From Candidatus Latescibacterota bacterium (lineage in GTDB: Bacteria; Latescibacterota; UBA2968; UBA8231), in assembly GCA_965205655.1 (NCBI GenBank), contig CBDBIJ010000036.1:1-35323 (forward strand): DNA of 35,323 nucleotides, in the 5' to 3' direction. A program made the position numbers and the translations under genes. Under the pieces are notes generated by a model. The model made no database searches. It was given only the letters and a program-made list of their open reading frames with translations, and was not told the DNA's origin. This document shows positions 1-10,521 of the stretch, one piece after another (the stretch's first letter is position 1; the number at the start of each line of letters is the position of its first letter).

Positions 1-9
1 GACGACCAA

Positions 10-49
10 TCGTCCCTCTACGACCGTCGTCCCTCTACGACCGTCGTCC
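10..49. repeat. Short tandem repeat, 17-bp unit TCGTCCCTCTACGACCG, about 2.35 copies
   Basis: Exact copies at 10-26 and 27-43, partial TCGTCC at 44-49. Confidence 0.9.
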
Positions 50-96
50 GCGCAGCTGCATTATTCGGCATAGGATACACAAAAACAGCAGTTTAG

Positions 97-1470
97 TCAA
101 CAACACCTCAGGGCATTTCCAGAGCGCAGACGGAGCGTCATCACGACTTCGCAGTGGGGTGTGTGGGGAAACAGATCCAGCGGCTGGACGAATCTTGCCT
201 CGTATCCCAGACCGGTCAGCTCCTGCGCATCGGCCGCCAGCGTGCCCGGGTTGCAGGAGACGTAAATGATGGTTGGAGCCCCCAGCCCCGCCAAAGGGCC
301 GATGGCGTTCTTATGGATGCCCGACCTCGGCGGGTCGGCAATGACGATGTCGAATCTCCTACTCTCGGACATCAGCTGCGCCAGGACATCTTCTACTCGG
401 CCGGCGGAGAAGGCGCAGTTCTCTAAACCATTGCGCTCGGCATTGCGCCTCGCGTCGGCCACGGCGTCTTCGGACTCCTCGATGCCGAGGAGGCTCTTCG
501 CCGGGCGCGCGAGGTGGAGACCGATGCCACCGGTACCGCAGTAGAGGTCGAGGATCTCTGTCTGTGAATCGACCTGGGCAAGTTGCGAGATGACCTGATT
601 GAGCCGCTCGGCCTGCAGGGTGTTTGTCTGAAAAAACGATTGCGCCGAAATGCCGAACTCAAGGTCTCCAGTGCGCTCGACGATGTTCCCCTCTCCTTTG
701 ATGGTAAACTGCGCCTCGCCCGCAGCGACTTGGGCCTTGCCTGTATGAAGGGTGACGATAAACGTGGTTATTTCCGGAAGATCCTCGAGAACGCGCTGGG
801 CCAGCATATCGATATCATCATTCGGGTACCGGGATACGACCAGATTGACCATCGAGTGCCCGCTCCGCTTTCCCTCCCGGATGACGAGGAAGCGGAGCAA
901 GCCGGTGTGCGCTTTCAGATCGTAGGCAGGCAGGTGTGCTTCTCTGGCGTGTCGTCTGACGCTGTGAACGACCCGATTGGACATTTCCGACTGCAGATAG
1001 CATTTCTCAAGATCAAATATTCTGTTGTACCGGCCTCTGTGATGGAGACCGAGATGCAGTTCATCATCGATGCCTCTCCCGAAGGAGAACTCCATCTTGT
1101 TCCGGTAGAAGACGGTCTCGGGGCTACCGAGAATCTCCGCAATCTGGCTCACATCGATAGCGCACAAAGCATCCCGAACCATCTGCGCCTTGAGCTGGAG
1201 CTGGCTCTCGTACTCGAGGTCCTGCCATCTGCAGCCTCCACATGTTCCGAAGTGACTGCAGGGCGGCTGACGGCGCTCCATGCCCCCCTCTAACAATCGC
1301 TCGACCCGCGCCTCCGCCCACCCCCGGCGCCGGCGCCGGATGACCGCTTCGACGCGGTCTCCGGGCACGGCACCAGGCAGTATGAGCTCGGATCCCTCCG
1401 CTGCGGCCAGCCCGTCTCCCTTGGCCGTCAGCCGATCGACGGTGACGACTATCCGATCACCTCGCCTCAT
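97..1470 (-). CDS. rlmD: 23S rRNA (uracil-C5)-methyltransferase, RlmD/RumA family
   Basis: N-terminal TRAM domain, [4Fe-4S] motif CSHFGTCGGC, YRNKMEF, SFFQTN, SAM motif DLYCGTG, DPPR, catalytic YVSCNP, DLFPHT. Confidence 0.92.
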   Translation of the reverse strand: MRRGDRIVVTVDRLTAKGDGLAAAEGSELILPGAVPGDRVEAVIRRRRRGWAEARVERLLEGGMERRQPPCSHFGTCGGCRWQDLEYESQLQLKAQMVRDALCAIDVSQIAEILGSPETVFYRNKMEFSFGRGIDDELHLGLHHRGRYNRIFDLEKCYLQSEMSNRVVHSVRRHAREAHLPAYDLKAHTGLLRFLVIREGKRSGHSMVNLVVSRYPNDDIDMLAQRVLEDLPEITTFIVTLHTGKAQVAAGEAQFTIKGEGNIVERTGDLEFGISAQSFFQTNTLQAERLNQVISQLAQVDSQTEILDLYCGTGGIGLHLARPAKSLLGIEESEDAVADARRNAERNGLENCAFSAGRVEDVLAQLMSESRRFDIVIADPPRSGIHKNAIGPLAGLGAPTIIYVSCNPGTLAADAQELTGLGYEARFVQPLDLFPHTPHCEVVMTLRLRSGNALRCC

Positions 1471-1501
1471 CAGCCGAATGTTCCACTTGTATCACTAAAT
1501 G

Positions 1502-1541
1502 AAAAAGCGAGGCAATCGCGGTACTGTCACCGGCCTCGCTT
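1502..1541 (-). terminator. Intrinsic terminator ending the r-protein supercluster after rplQ
   Basis: Minus strand AAGCGAGGC...GCCTCGCTTTTTC: 9-bp stem running into a U-tract. A second perfect 8-bp hairpin, GCCCAGCC-N3-GGCTGGGC, lies at 1548-1566. Confidence 0.75.
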
Positions 1542-1593
1542 CTCGATGCCCAGCCTGCGGCTGGGCCTGTGTTGTTGAGTGAGAGGCTCGCTC

Positions 1594-2013
1594 TTACTCC
1601 TCGGTAGTCTCTGGTTGGTCGGACGTACCGGAATCGGGGCCAGGTTCCTCCCTACCGGGGCGGTCGACGAGCTCGATGACGCACATAGCGGCACCGTCAC
1701 CGCGCCGTGGGTCCATCTTCACGATGCGGGTGTAGCCGCCGTTGCGCTCGGCGTACCGCGGTCCCAGTTCATCGAACAACTTGGTCACGACGCGTTTGTT
1801 GGCGATGAGCCGCAACACCTGCCGTCGGGCGTGGAGATCACCCCTCTTGGCAAAGGTGATCATGCTATCGGCCGTCCGGCGCAGTTCCCGCGCGCGAGGA
1901 GTTGTGGTGTTGATAGACTCGTGCTCGAACAGGGACGTCACCATGTTCGACAACATCGCCTTTAGATGGCTTTGAGTCCGATTGAGCTTAGCTGTTTTTT
2001 TTCCGTGTCGCAT
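1594..2013 (-). CDS. rplQ: 50S ribosomal protein L17
   Basis: [20 protein letters not shown]; directly after rpoA. Confidence 0.98.
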   Translation of the reverse strand: MRHGKKTAKLNRTQSHLKAMLSNMVTSLFEHESINTTTPRARELRRTADSMITFAKRGDLHARRQVLRLIANKRVVTKLFDELGPRYAERNGGYTRIVKMDPRRGDGAAMCVIELVDRPGREEPGPDSGTSDQPETTEE

Positions 2014-2035
2014 TGTCGTCAGGTTTCGTTGGCTC

Positions 2036-3052
2036 TCAGAACTCCTCGGTGAGCGATCCGGCCGGCTCTTCCTCGATCTCCACGTTCTCGTACTGGGTGA
2101 TATCCATTCCCCACTTCAGATTGAGATTGTCGAGAATCTCGCCGAGTTCGTTGAGGGATTTGCGGCCGAAATTCCGGAACTTGAGCATCTCGGCCTCGCT
2201 TCGCGACACGAGCTCTCTCAAGTTGTTGATACCCGCCGCGCGCAGACAGTTCGCCGATCGCACAGACAGCTCTAGCTCCTCCACCGCCATGGCGAGGAGT
2301 CTGGCCACGCGCTTCGTCTCCTCGTCCACCTCCTTCTCCTCCACCGGCGCTGGCTCCTCCTCGAAGTTGACCACCAGATTGAAATGCTCGATGAGCACCC
2401 TGGCCGCCTGCGCCACGGCATCCTCTGGCGTGAGGGAACCGTCCGTCCATACGTCCATAGTCAGCTTGTCGTAGTCGGTACGCCTCCCAACACGGGCGTG
2501 CTCAATGTCATAATTCACCTTGAGGACCGGCGAAAAATTTGCGTCGAGGGCGATGGAGCCTATGGGCTGCTCGAGCGATTTCTGCTCGTCGGCGAAGACG
2601 TATCCGCGTCCGTGGCCGATGGTGACCCCCATTTTCAGGGAGCCGCCCTTGCCGAGCGTGGCTACGTGAAGTTCCGGATTCATGATCTCGACACTGGAAT
2701 CCGCGGATAGGTCGCCGGCCTTGACTTCGCGGGGCCCCTTCGCCTCCACCTGCAGTTCGCGGTCCTCGTCGCCGTGGTAGCGCAGGGCCACCTCTTTGAG
2801 ATTGAGCACAATTTCCGGCACGTCTTCCCTCACCCCCTTGACGACGGAAAACTCGTGCTGGATGCCGTCGACGCTAATCGACTTGATTGCGGCACCCTGG
2901 ATCGATGACACCAGCACGCGCCGTAGGGCGTGGCCGAGAGTGACGCCGAATCCGCGCTCGAGCGGCTGCATGATGAACCTTCCGAACGTCTCTGTAAGAC
3001 TGTCGCGGTCGATCTCGACCAGTCTTGGCATCTGGAGACCGTTTAACGCCAT
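2036..3052 (-). CDS. rpoA: RNA polymerase alpha subunit
   Basis: [28 protein letters not shown], alpha-[14 protein letters not shown] and NFGRKSL. Confidence 0.99.
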   Translation of the reverse strand: MALNGLQMPRLVEIDRDSLTETFGRFIMQPLERGFGVTLGHALRRVLVSSIQGAAIKSISVDGIQHEFSVVKGVREDVPEIVLNLKEVALRYHGDEDRELQVEAKGPREVKAGDLSADSSVEIMNPELHVATLGKGGSLKMGVTIGHGRGYVFADEQKSLEQPIGSIALDANFSPVLKVNYDIEHARVGRRTDYDKLTMDVWTDGSLTPEDAVAQAARVLIEHFNLVVNFEEEPAPVEEKEVDEETKRVARLLAMAVEELELSVRSANCLRAAGINNLRELVSRSEAEMLKFRNFGRKSLNELGEILDNLNLKWGMDITQYENVEIEEEPAGSLTEEF

Positions 3053-3086
3053 AGAAAATGACCCCTTTGTTGGGTTTAGATTGTGA

Positions 3087-3713
3087 TCACACTCGAGAAT
3101 AGAACTCGATCACGAGCTGTTCCTCTGCCGTCGTGGGAATGTCTTCCCGGTTCGGGCGCTCCACGACCGTGCCATACATGTTGGCCTTGTCCACCGAAAG
3201 CCAGGACACCATCTGCCGAGCTCGCCGGAGCGATTCGTGTATGACGTCGAGTTGGCGGCTCCTCTGGGCCACCTCGATGCGATCTCCCGGCCGAGTGACA
3301 AAGGACGGCACATTGACGCGCTCGCCATTGACGGTGAAATGGTTGTGACGCACTAGTTGACGGGCGGCCTTTCGCGATGGCGCAAAGCCCAGGTGGTAGA
3401 TGACGCTGTCGAGCCGGCTCTCGAGAATCTGCAGAAGATTCTCACCGCTAACTCCAGAAACGCGCGTCGCCTCGCGATAATACCTGCGAAACTGACCCTC
3501 CCTCACACCGTAGATCCTGGCGAGTTTTTGCTTTGCCCTGAGCTGAACGCTGTACTCAGACTGCTTGCGCCTGATTTTCTGCCCGTGTTGCCCTGGCGCG
3601 TAGCTGCGCCGCTCGAAGGCGCACTTATCCAAGGCACACCGCTCTCCTTTCAGGAAAAGCTTTGTTCCCTCTCGCCGGCAGAACCGACAATTCGCTCCGG
3701 TATATCTGCTCAC
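3087..3713 (-). CDS. rpsD: 30S ribosomal protein S4 (Cys-containing N-terminus), GTG start
   Basis: CRFCRREG..LFLKGERC, PGQHG, LESRLD, ARQLVRH, VIEFYSR. Confidence 0.98.
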   Translation of the reverse strand: MSRYTGANCRFCRREGTKLFLKGERCALDKCAFERRSYAPGQHGQKIRRKQSEYSVQLRAKQKLARIYGVREGQFRRYYREATRVSGVSGENLLQILESRLDSVIYHLGFAPSRKAARQLVRHNHFTVNGERVNVPSFVTRPGDRIEVAQRSRQLDVIHESLRRARQMVSWLSVDKANMYGTVVERPNREDIPTTAEEQLVIEFYSRV

Positions 3714-3738
3714 GACACCTACCTCCTCACGTAGTTAC

Positions 3739-4131
3739 TCAGACCCGTCGACGTTTCGGCGGCCGGCAGCCGTTATGGGGGACGGGCGTCACATCGCGGA
3801 TCGCGGACACTTCCAGACCCGCGTTCTGCAGAGCACGAATGGCGGAATCTCTACCCACCCCCGGCCCCTTCACCCACACCTCGACCCGGCGCAACCCCAT
3901 GTTGATGGCATCCTGCGCCGCCCGCTCGGCCGCCAGCTGGCCGGCAAATGGAGTCGACTTGCGACTGCCGCGGATGCCGACCTTTCCCGGGGTCGCCCAC
4001 GAGATAACATTTCCTTCTACGTCGGTGAGCGTTACAATCGTGTTGTTGAAGGTCGACATAATATGAGCAATGCCGAGAGCTTCGACCTTCTTCGATTTCC
4101 GACGTCGTCGCTTGGACTTCTCAGGTGGCAA
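3739..4131 (-). CDS. rpsK: 30S ribosomal protein S11, TTG start
   Basis: [34 protein letters not shown]. Confidence 0.98.
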   Translation of the reverse strand: MPPEKSKRRRRKSKKVEALGIAHIMSTFNNTIVTLTDVEGNVISWATPGKVGIRGSRKSTPFAGQLAAERAAQDAINMGLRRVEVWVKGPGVGRDSAIRALQNAGLEVSAIRDVTPVPHNGCRPPKRRRV

Positions 4132-4143
4132 TTCTCTCTACCC

Positions 4144-4524
4144 TCACTTCCTCGGCGTCTTCTTCTTGCCCGCTATCGCCCGCCGCGGCCTCTTCCGAGT
4201 TCGGGCGTTGGTGCGCGTCCGCTGACCATTGACCGGCAGGCCTCGGCGGTGTCTCAAGCCTCTGTAGCAGCCGATGTCCATCAACCTCTTAATGTTCATG
4301 TTCACCTCACCGCGCAGACTTCCCTCCACTTTATGCTTACTCTCGATGATCGTGCGCAGCTGCGTCAGCTGCGCATCAGTGAGGGCTTGAACCCGGGTAT
4401 CCGGATCCACTCTCGATTCCGACAGGATTTCGTGCGACGTGGTACGACCGATCCCGTAGATGTGCGTCAATCCGATTTCGATTCGCTCGTCCCTCGGAAG
4501 GTCGACCCCAGCGATACGTGCCAT
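4144..4524 (-). CDS. rpsM: 30S ribosomal protein S13
   Basis: [34 protein letters not shown]. Confidence 0.99.
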   Translation of the reverse strand: MARIAGVDLPRDERIEIGLTHIYGIGRTTSHEILSESRVDPDTRVQALTDAQLTQLRTIIESKHKVEGSLRGEVNMNIKRLMDIGCYRGLRHRRGLPVNGQRTRTNARTRKRPRRAIAGKKKTPRK

Positions 4525-4533
4525 TCTGACCTC

Positions 4534-4650
4534 CTAGCCCTGACGCTGTTTGTGTCGCGGATTGCGCTTGCAGATGACCCGCACGACACCGTTGCGTCGG
4601 ATGATCTTGCAGTCGATGCAGCGTTTTCCTACCGAAGCTTTTACTTTCAT
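4534..4650 (-). CDS. rpmJ: 50S ribosomal protein L36 (Zn-ribbon type), 38 aa, not in the ORF track
   Basis: Manual translation [47 protein letters not shown] upstream. Confidence 0.98.
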   Translation of the reverse strand: MKVKASVGKRCIDCKIIRRNGVVRVICKRNPRHKQRQG

Positions 4651-4668
4651 CGTTTACTCGCCTCCCCG

Positions 4669-6003
4669 TTATCGACGCCCCTGAATCTTTCCCCTCTTCA
4701 TGAATCCTTCGTAGTGGCGCGTCATCAGCTGAGACTCCAGTTGTTGGAGCGTGTCCAGTGCTACTCCGACCACGATGAGCAGGCCGGTGCCGCCGAAAAA
4801 CTGCGAAAACGAAGGCGTCACATTAAACTGGCGCATCACGAAAAACGGGAAGATGGCCACGGCGGCGAGAGCGATCGCGCCAGGCAGCGTGATGCGGGTC
4901 ATGATCCGGTCGATGTACGAGGCCGTTCTCGGCCCCGGCCTCACACCGGGGATGAATCCCCCGTGGCGCTTCATATTGTCAGCCAGCTGCTGCGGATCCA
5001 TAACGATGGCGGTGTAGAAGTAGCAGAAAAAAACGATCATTGACCCGTAGACGCCCCAATAAAAAAATGAGTCAATGGTGAAGAATGAGCCCACCATCTG
5101 CATGAAGTCGCTGCCAGGAAAGAACTGCGTCATCGTTCCTGGGAGAAACATGATCGACTGGGCGAAAATGATGGGAATCACACCGGCCGCGTTCACCCGA
5201 AGCGGGATATGCGTCGTCTGGCCACCGTACACCCGTCGCCCAACCATGCGCTTGGCATACTGAACGGGAATTTTTCGCTGGCCCTGCGTCAACAACACGA
5301 CGAAGGCGATTACTACGACCATCAGGGCGATCAGAAAGATTTCCTCTATGAGGCTCTTCGTGGCACCCTGGTTGATCAGATAGTGATTCCACTCGCTCTT
5401 TACGGCGTAGGGGAACTCGGCCACAATGCCCACAAAGATGATCAGCGAAATACCGTTACCGATGCCGCGCTCTGTGATCTGTTCGCCCAACCACATGATG
5501 AAGACGGTTCCCGTGGTGATGGTGATCATGATCATGAGGCGGAAGCTCCATCCGGGATCGACGACGGCGTCTATCCCGCTCCCCGGACCCCTGATACTCT
5601 CCAGGAAATAGCTCACACCCAGAGACTGAGCCGCCGCTAGAAAGACGGTGCCGTAGCGAGTGTACTGATTGATCTTTCGGCGGCCCTCCTCACCCTCCCG
5701 TTGAAGCTTTTGGAAGAACGGAACGACCGCTCCCATCAACTGCAGGATGATCGAGGCGCTGATATAGGGCATGATTCCGAGCGCGAACACCGTCGCCCGG
5801 GTGAAGGCGCCCCCCACAAACATGTCGTAAAGGCCGAAGATGGTGGCTCCCGCACCCGCGAAGAATTCCTGGAGAACTGACGCGTTCACGCCTGGAACCG
5901 TGATCTGCCCACCGGTGCGATAGACGATCAGGATTCCGATCGTAAACAGAATCTTCTTGCGCAGGTCGGGAATCTTCATACAGTTTTGAAAACTCTGGAT
6001 CAC
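4669..6003 (-). CDS. secY: Preprotein translocase subunit SecY, GTG start
   Basis: FALGIMPYISASII, WLGEQITERGIGNGISLIIF, GVIPIIFA, FIPGVRPG, GGTGLLIVVGV. Confidence 0.99.
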   Translation of the reverse strand: MIQSFQNCMKIPDLRKKILFTIGILIVYRTGGQITVPGVNASVLQEFFAGAGATIFGLYDMFVGGAFTRATVFALGIMPYISASIILQLMGAVVPFFQKLQREGEEGRRKINQYTRYGTVFLAAAQSLGVSYFLESIRGPGSGIDAVVDPGWSFRLMIMITITTGTVFIMWLGEQITERGIGNGISLIIFVGIVAEFPYAVKSEWNHYLINQGATKSLIEEIFLIALMVVVIAFVVLLTQGQRKIPVQYAKRMVGRRVYGGQTTHIPLRVNAAGVIPIIFAQSIMFLPGTMTQFFPGSDFMQMVGSFFTIDSFFYWGVYGSMIVFFCYFYTAIVMDPQQLADNMKRHGGFIPGVRPGPRTASYIDRIMTRITLPGAIALAAVAIFPFFVMRQFNVTPSFSQFFGGTGLLIVVGVALDTLQQLESQLMTRHYEGFMKRGKIQGRR

Positions 6004-6010
6004 GGCTCGT

Positions 6011-6472
6011 CTATTTTCCGATCAGCTCCACTTCGCCGCCTGCGTTCACGATCTTTTCGGCTGCGGAGGCGGAGAAGGCGTGGGCGCGAAGCTTTACCTT
6101 CTTTGTCAACTCACCCTCTCCGAGAATTTTTATTGGCTGCGTCGTCTTTCGAACCAGCCCAGCCCGCTTCAACTCTTCTGGGCCAACCTCCCCATCGATC
6201 CCACGTGCATCGATGGAACCGACATTCACGACCTGATAGGTCTTCTTGAAGAGCGCATTCGAGAATCCGATCTTCGGCAATCTCCGGTGAAGGGGCATCT
6301 GGCCACCCTCGAAGCCGACCCGACTCCCGCGAGTCGCGCCAGAACGCGATCTGGCCCCTTTATGCCCGCGACCCGACGTCTTTCCCGTACCGGATCCCGT
6401 TCCCTGGCCGAGCCGTTTTGATACCCGTTTCGATCCTGCGGGCGGACGAAGTTCACCGAGACGCATGACCAT
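6011..6472 (-). CDS. rplO: 50S ribosomal protein L15
   Basis: GSGTGKTSGRGHKG..SRSG, FEGGQMPLHRRLPK. Confidence 0.98.
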   Translation of the reverse strand: MVMRLGELRPPAGSKRVSKRLGQGTGSGTGKTSGRGHKGARSRSGATRGSRVGFEGGQMPLHRRLPKIGFSNALFKKTYQVVNVGSIDARGIDGEVGPEELKRAGLVRKTTQPIKILGEGELTKKVKLRAHAFSASAAEKIVNAGGEVELIGK

Positions 6473-6655
6473 CTAGCCTTTTCTCTCCTCCACGACGACG
6501 AGGTGCCGAACCTTCGTCAGCATGCCCCGTATCTGTGGCGAATCATCGTGCACGACTTGCTGATGGAGTCGCTTGATCCCCAGGGCGCGAATCGTCTCTT
6601 GATGGCGCCTGGAACGGCCAATTGCGCTCTTGCTTTGAGTGATAGCGAGTTTCAC
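6473..6655 (-). CDS. rpmD: 50S ribosomal protein L30
   Basis: [24 protein letters not shown]; between rpsE and rplO. Confidence 0.96.
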   Translation of the reverse strand: MKLAITQSKSAIGRSRRHQETIRALGIKRLHQQVVHDDSPQIRGMLTKVRHLVVVEERKG

Positions 6656-7155
6656 CGCAGACCTTTGAGGGCAACGCCTCGCGCGCGCGCCACCGTTTCC
6701 ACGTCGCGCAACTGCTCAAGGCCGGAGAGAGTGGCCTTGATGCTGTTTTGGGGATTCGACGATCCCAGTGACTTGGTCAGAATGTCGTTAATGCCCGCCA
6801 GATCCAGTACGATTCGGATTCCGCCACTGGCGATGACACCGGTCCCGGCCGACGCCGGCTTCAGGAGCACCCTGGCAGCGCTGAACTTGCCGATGACCTC
6901 GTGAGGAATCGTGCCCTCCACTACCGGCACTTCGACGATGTTCGTCTTCGCGGCCTCGGTGCCCTTCCGGATAGCCTCGGCCACTTCTCTCGCCTTGCCA
7001 GTGCCGACGCCGACATGACCGTTTCGATCGCCGACCACGACCAGAGCCGTAAAGCTGAAGGTGCGGCCACCTTTCCGCACCTTGGCGACTCGCCTGATGC
7101 CGTTCTGGACGACGACCTCGGTCAGTTCGAGATTTTTCGGATCGATTCGATTCAC
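6652..7155 (-). CDS. rpsE: 30S ribosomal protein S5
   Basis: [40 protein letters not shown]. Confidence 0.98.
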   Translation of the reverse strand: MNRIDPKNLELTEVVVQNGIRRVAKVRKGGRTFSFTALVVVGDRNGHVGVGTGKAREVAEAIRKGTEAAKTNIVEVPVVEGTIPHEVIGKFSAARVLLKPASAGTGVIASGGIRIVLDLAGINDILTKSLGSSNPQNSIKATLSGLEQLRDVETVARARGVALKGLR

Positions 7156-7174
7156 TTGCCGCTATCCTTCCGAG

Positions 7175-7543
7175 TCAGAATCTGAGCCCGCCCTCTCGGG
7201 CGCCCTCGGCCACCGCTTTGATGATCCCGTGAAACAGCAATCCCGCTCTGTCGAAGACGACCTGCTCGATTCCCTTCTCCCGCGCTCTGGCGGCGATCAT
7301 CTTACCCAGCGAACGCCCCTGATCGACCCTGCTCTCGGAAGATTCGCTCTTGAACTCCTTCGACAGGGTCGACAAACCCAGAAGTGATTGACCGAGTTCG
7401 TCGTCGACAATCTGCGCCTCGATGTTGCGCAGCGAGCGGAACACTACCAAACGGGGCCGCTCGGACGTGCCTGCCAGTCTCTTGCGAATACGGAACCGGC
7501 GGCGCCCGCGGGCAATTGCTTTGCGTTGATGTCTACTTGGCAT
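7175..7543 (-). CDS. rplR: 50S ribosomal protein L18
   Basis: GTSERPRLVVFRS, VVFDR, AREGGLRF. Confidence 0.97.
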   Translation of the reverse strand: MPSRHQRKAIARGRRRFRIRKRLAGTSERPRLVVFRSLRNIEAQIVDDELGQSLLGLSTLSKEFKSESSESRVDQGRSLGKMIAARAREKGIEQVVFDRAGLLFHGIIKAVAEGAREGGLRF

Positions 7544-7549
7544 CTGAGG

Positions 7550-8107
7550 CTATGTGGTGGCGGCCGCCTTGCCGGCCTTCCATCGAATGGCTTCGCCCTC
7601 GTACCGAACGCCTTTGCCCTTGTACGGATCCGGCCGTCTCGTCTGACGGATGTCGGCAGCTACCTGCCCCACCTTTTGCTTGTCGATACCGTTGACGATG
7701 ATGCGCGCCTGAATCCCCTGAGCGGTCTCAGTTGCCAATTCGATCCCCTCCGGCGCCTCATACACCACAGGATGAGAGTAGCCGATGTGCAGCGTCAGGA
7801 GCCTGCCTTGCAGCTCCGCCCGGAACCCTACCCCGTGCACCTCAAGCCTCTTTGAGAACCCCTGCGTGACTCCCGTCACTGCGTTGGCGAGAAGCGATCG
7901 AGTCAGTCCGTGTAATGCCATCGACTCTTTCTCTTCTGCCTTGCGATCAACCTTGAGCGTCGAGTTCTCGGCAGACACGTCTATCTTTTCTGTCCGAAAC
8001 GGCACGATGAGCTCACCCTTCGGGCCCTTCACCGTGACCTCGGCTTCCTTCACGGTGACCTCCACCCCCGAGGGAATCTCCACGGGCATTTTGCCAATGC
8101 GCGACAT
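7550..8107 (-). CDS. rplF: 50S ribosomal protein L6
   Basis: MSRIGK.P, VKGPKGEL, GYSHPV, RPDPYKGKGVRY. Confidence 0.98.
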   Translation of the reverse strand: MSRIGKMPVEIPSGVEVTVKEAEVTVKGPKGELIVPFRTEKIDVSAENSTLKVDRKAEEKESMALHGLTRSLLANAVTGVTQGFSKRLEVHGVGFRAELQGRLLTLHIGYSHPVVYEAPEGIELATETAQGIQARIIVNGIDKQKVGQVAADIRQTRRPDPYKGKGVRYEGEAIRWKAGKAAATT

Positions 8108-8136
8108 CGATCGACTCTTCCCTGTCCTCTACCTAC

Positions 8137-8532
8137 CTACCACACACTGCACAGGACCTCGCCGCCGACGCCGGCGCGCCTGGCGTCGCGGTCTGTCATG
8201 ACCCCGCGGGACGTCGACACGATGGCAATCCCCAACCCCCGCAGGATTCTGGGAATGCTCCGCTTGGAGGAGTACCTCCGCAGACCGGGTTTGCTGATGC
8301 GGGACAGCCCCTTGATCAGGCTGTCGTCGTCGGTGTATCTCAGATACAGCCGCAGTTGGCCTTGCTTGCCGTCTTCGTATCGGGCGAAGTTGTCTATGAA
8401 TCGCTCTTCTGCGAGCACCCGAGCGATCTCGCGCTTGAGGCCCGAAGCGGGAACATCAACCCGTCGGTGTTTGGCGTGACAGGCGTTGCGGATTCTCGTC
8501 AACATGTCTGCGATGGGATCGGTCATGCTCAT
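8137..8532 (-). CDS. rpsH: 30S ribosomal protein S8
   Basis: MTDPIADMLTRIRN, SKPGLR.Y, STSRGVMT, GGEVLC.VW. Confidence 0.99.
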   Translation of the reverse strand: MSMTDPIADMLTRIRNACHAKHRRVDVPASGLKREIARVLAEERFIDNFARYEDGKQGQLRLYLRYTDDDSLIKGLSRISKPGLRRYSSKRSIPRILRGLGIAIVSTSRGVMTDRDARRAGVGGEVLCSVW

Positions 8533-8557
8533 GGTCGCGGCTCTCCTGTCTCCACTC

Positions 8558-8743
8558 TTACCAGCTCGCCTTTGTGATGCCGGGAATCTCCCCGCGCAAC
8601 GCCAGCTCTCTGAAGCAGATTCGACACAGGCCGAATTTTCGGTAGACGGCGCGTGCTCGCCCGCAGCGGTGACAGCGGGTGTACTTGCGCACCTTGAACT
8701 TGGGTTCCCGCGCCCATTTTACTAGCAAACACTTCCGCGCCAC
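8558..8743 (-). CDS. rpsN: 30S ribosomal protein S14, type Z (61 aa, Zn-binding)
   Basis: RCHRCGR...LCRICFRE...IPGITKASW. Confidence 0.98.
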   Translation of the reverse strand: MARKCLLVKWAREPKFKVRKYTRCHRCGRARAVYRKFGLCRICFRELALRGEIPGITKASW

Positions 8744-8756
8744 ATGCTCCTCACTT

Positions 8757-9296
8757 TCAGTTCGCGAAGGGAATGCCGAAAAGCCTGAGCAAGGCCTCGG
8801 CCTCTTTGTCCGTCCTCGCGGTCGTCACGATCGCGATATCCATCCCGCGCACTCGATCGATCCGGTCGTAGTCTATTTCGGGGAAGATGATCTGTTCCCT
8901 AAGACCGAGGTTATAACTGCCTCTGCCGTCGAAGCCTCGAAGCGGCAAACCCCGAAAGTCGCGCGTCTGAGGCAACGCCAGATTCACCAGGCGGTCCAGA
9001 AACTCGTACATGCGCTCGCGACGCAACGTCACGGCGGCGCCGACAGGCATGCCCTGCCGCAATTTGAAATTCGATATCGCCTTCTTTGACCGCCTCACGG
9101 AAGGTTGCTGACCGCTGATCGCCGCCAGATCCGAGACGGCGTTGTCGAGGAGCTTTGCGTCCTGGGCGGCGTCGCCGACACCGGCGTTGACGACCATCTT
9201 TTCCAGCCTCGGCACCTCCATGATGTTACGGTAGGCGAACTGTTCCGTCATCGCCGGAACGATCGTCTGCTTGTACTGGTCCTTGAGCCTCGCCAT
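8757..9296 (-). CDS. rplE: 50S ribosomal protein L5
   Basis: [34 protein letters not shown]. Confidence 0.98.
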   Translation of the reverse strand: MARLKDQYKQTIVPAMTEQFAYRNIMEVPRLEKMVVNAGVGDAAQDAKLLDNAVSDLAAISGQQPSVRRSKKAISNFKLRQGMPVGAAVTLRRERMYEFLDRLVNLALPQTRDFRGLPLRGFDGRGSYNLGLREQIIFPEIDYDRIDRVRGMDIAIVTTARTDKEAEALLRLFGIPFAN

Positions 9297-9310
9297 CTTC
9301 GCCTGCCGCC

Positions 9311-9628
9311 TTAGTCTGAGTCGATCATTTCGCCGCTTTTGGCCGCTACCCGTACCCGCGAGCCGTCTTCTAACTGGCTCTTTCTCACGCGCGTCGGTTC
9401 GTCGGTCTTGGGATCGACGACCATTACGTTGGAGGCGTTGATCGTCGACTCCCTCTCCACGATCCCCCCCTGAGGATCGCGTTGGGTCGGCTTCGTGTGG
9501 CGCTTCATCATACGGATGCCTTCGACGATGAGCCTGTTCGAGCCGCGCAAGACGCGCAGCACCTTGCCACGCTGGCCCTTTTCGTTGCCGCTGATGACGA
9601 GCACGGTATCGCCGGTGCGAATCCTCAT
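9311..9628 (-). CDS. rplX: 50S ribosomal protein L24
   Basis: KOW motif [24 protein letters not shown]. Confidence 0.97.
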   Translation of the reverse strand: MRIRTGDTVLVISGNEKGQRGKVLRVLRGSNRLIVEGIRMMKRHTKPTQRDPQGGIVERESTINASNVMVVDPKTDEPTRVRKSQLEDGSRVRVAAKSGEMIDSD

Positions 9629-9632
9629 GATG

Positions 9633-10001
9633 CTAGACGACCTCCGGCGCCAGGGACACGATGCGCATGAACTGCCTGTCGCGAAGCTCCCTGGCCACTG
9701 GTCCGAAAATCCGGCTACCTCTCGGTTCGTTGTTCACGTCCAGAAGTACGGCAGCGTTTTCGTCAAAGCGTATGTACGATCCGTCCGGACGCCGGAACTC
9801 CTTTTTTGTGCGCACGATGACGGCCCTGGAAACCTCGCCTTCCTTCAAGGGGCCGTTCGGTGTGACATCGTGAACGGCGACGACGACCAGATCTCCAACC
9901 CCGGCATATCTCTTTCTAGAACCGCCCAAAACGCGAATGCAGCGGGCCCTTTTAGCCCCGGCGTTGTCCGCCATTCGCACGACTGAGTATTCCCGTACCA
10001 C
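9633..10001 (-). CDS. rplN: 50S ribosomal protein L14 (122 aa from a GTG at 10001)
   Basis: [33 protein letters not shown]. The GTG start gives the canonical 122-aa length. Confidence 0.97.
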   Translation of the reverse strand: MVREYSVVRMADNAGAKRARCIRVLGGSRKRYAGVGDLVVVAVHDVTPNGPLKEGEVSRAVIVRTKKEFRRPDGSYIRFDENAAVLLDVNNEPRGSRIFGPVARELRDRQFMRIVSLAPEVV

Positions 10002-10006
10002 AGCGT

Positions 10007-10300
10007 TCAGTCCAGTTCGACCTTTTCGAGAATTTCGACCAGCCGCCACCTCTTCGTGCGGCTAATCGGCCTGCACTCTCTCAGGCGGACGAGATCGCCG
10101 ACATTCGACTGATTGCCCTCGTCGTGGGCGACGAATTTGTTCATTCGCCTCGTACCGCGTCCGTAGAGCCGATGCGCCGTGCGCTGCTCGATTGCGACAA
10201 CGCGGGTCTTGTCGCCGCTGGCCCCCACGATCCGCCCTTCGACCATCCGCCCCCCGAATTCCCCTTTGTCCTTGGCACCTTCCACAACCACCTCCGTCAA
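10007..10300 (-). CDS. rpsQ: 30S ribosomal protein S17 (divergent N-terminal half), TTG start
   Basis: DKT.VV, H.LYG, AHDE.N...GD.V...[15 protein letters not shown]; canonical position. Confidence 0.93.
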   Translation of the reverse strand: MTEVVVEGAKDKGEFGGRMVEGRIVGASGDKTRVVAIEQRTAHRLYGRGTRRMNKFVAHDEGNQSNVGDLVRLRECRPISRTKRWRLVEILEKVELD

Positions 10301-10521
10301 CTACCTGATCCGCCGCCGGGCAGCTTCCTGAGCCCCGTGGCGTGCTCTCTGAGAATCGTGCGCACGCGACCGGTGTCGCGCCTCACATCTCGCAGTCGGA
10401 TTGGACTGCTGAGCTGGCCCAGAGCATGCTGAAAGCGGAGATTGAAGGTTTCCTCCCCCAGCTCCTCGAGCCTGGCTTCGAGCTCCTCGACACTCAGTTG
10501 TCTGCATTCTTCAGCTGTCAT
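10297..10521 (-). CDS. rpmC: 50S ribosomal protein L29
   Basis: [11 protein letters not shown]...R.R.VRR...RV.TIL.E. Confidence 0.96.
   Translation of the reverse strand: MTAEECRQLSVEELEARLEELGEETFNLRFQHALGQLSSPIRLRDVRRDTGRVRTILREHATGLRKLPGGGSGS

Noticed and set aside
10..49. Possible CRISPR repeat at the window start
   Set aside because: Units are directly adjacent with no spacers, only 17 bp long, and no cas genes are present.
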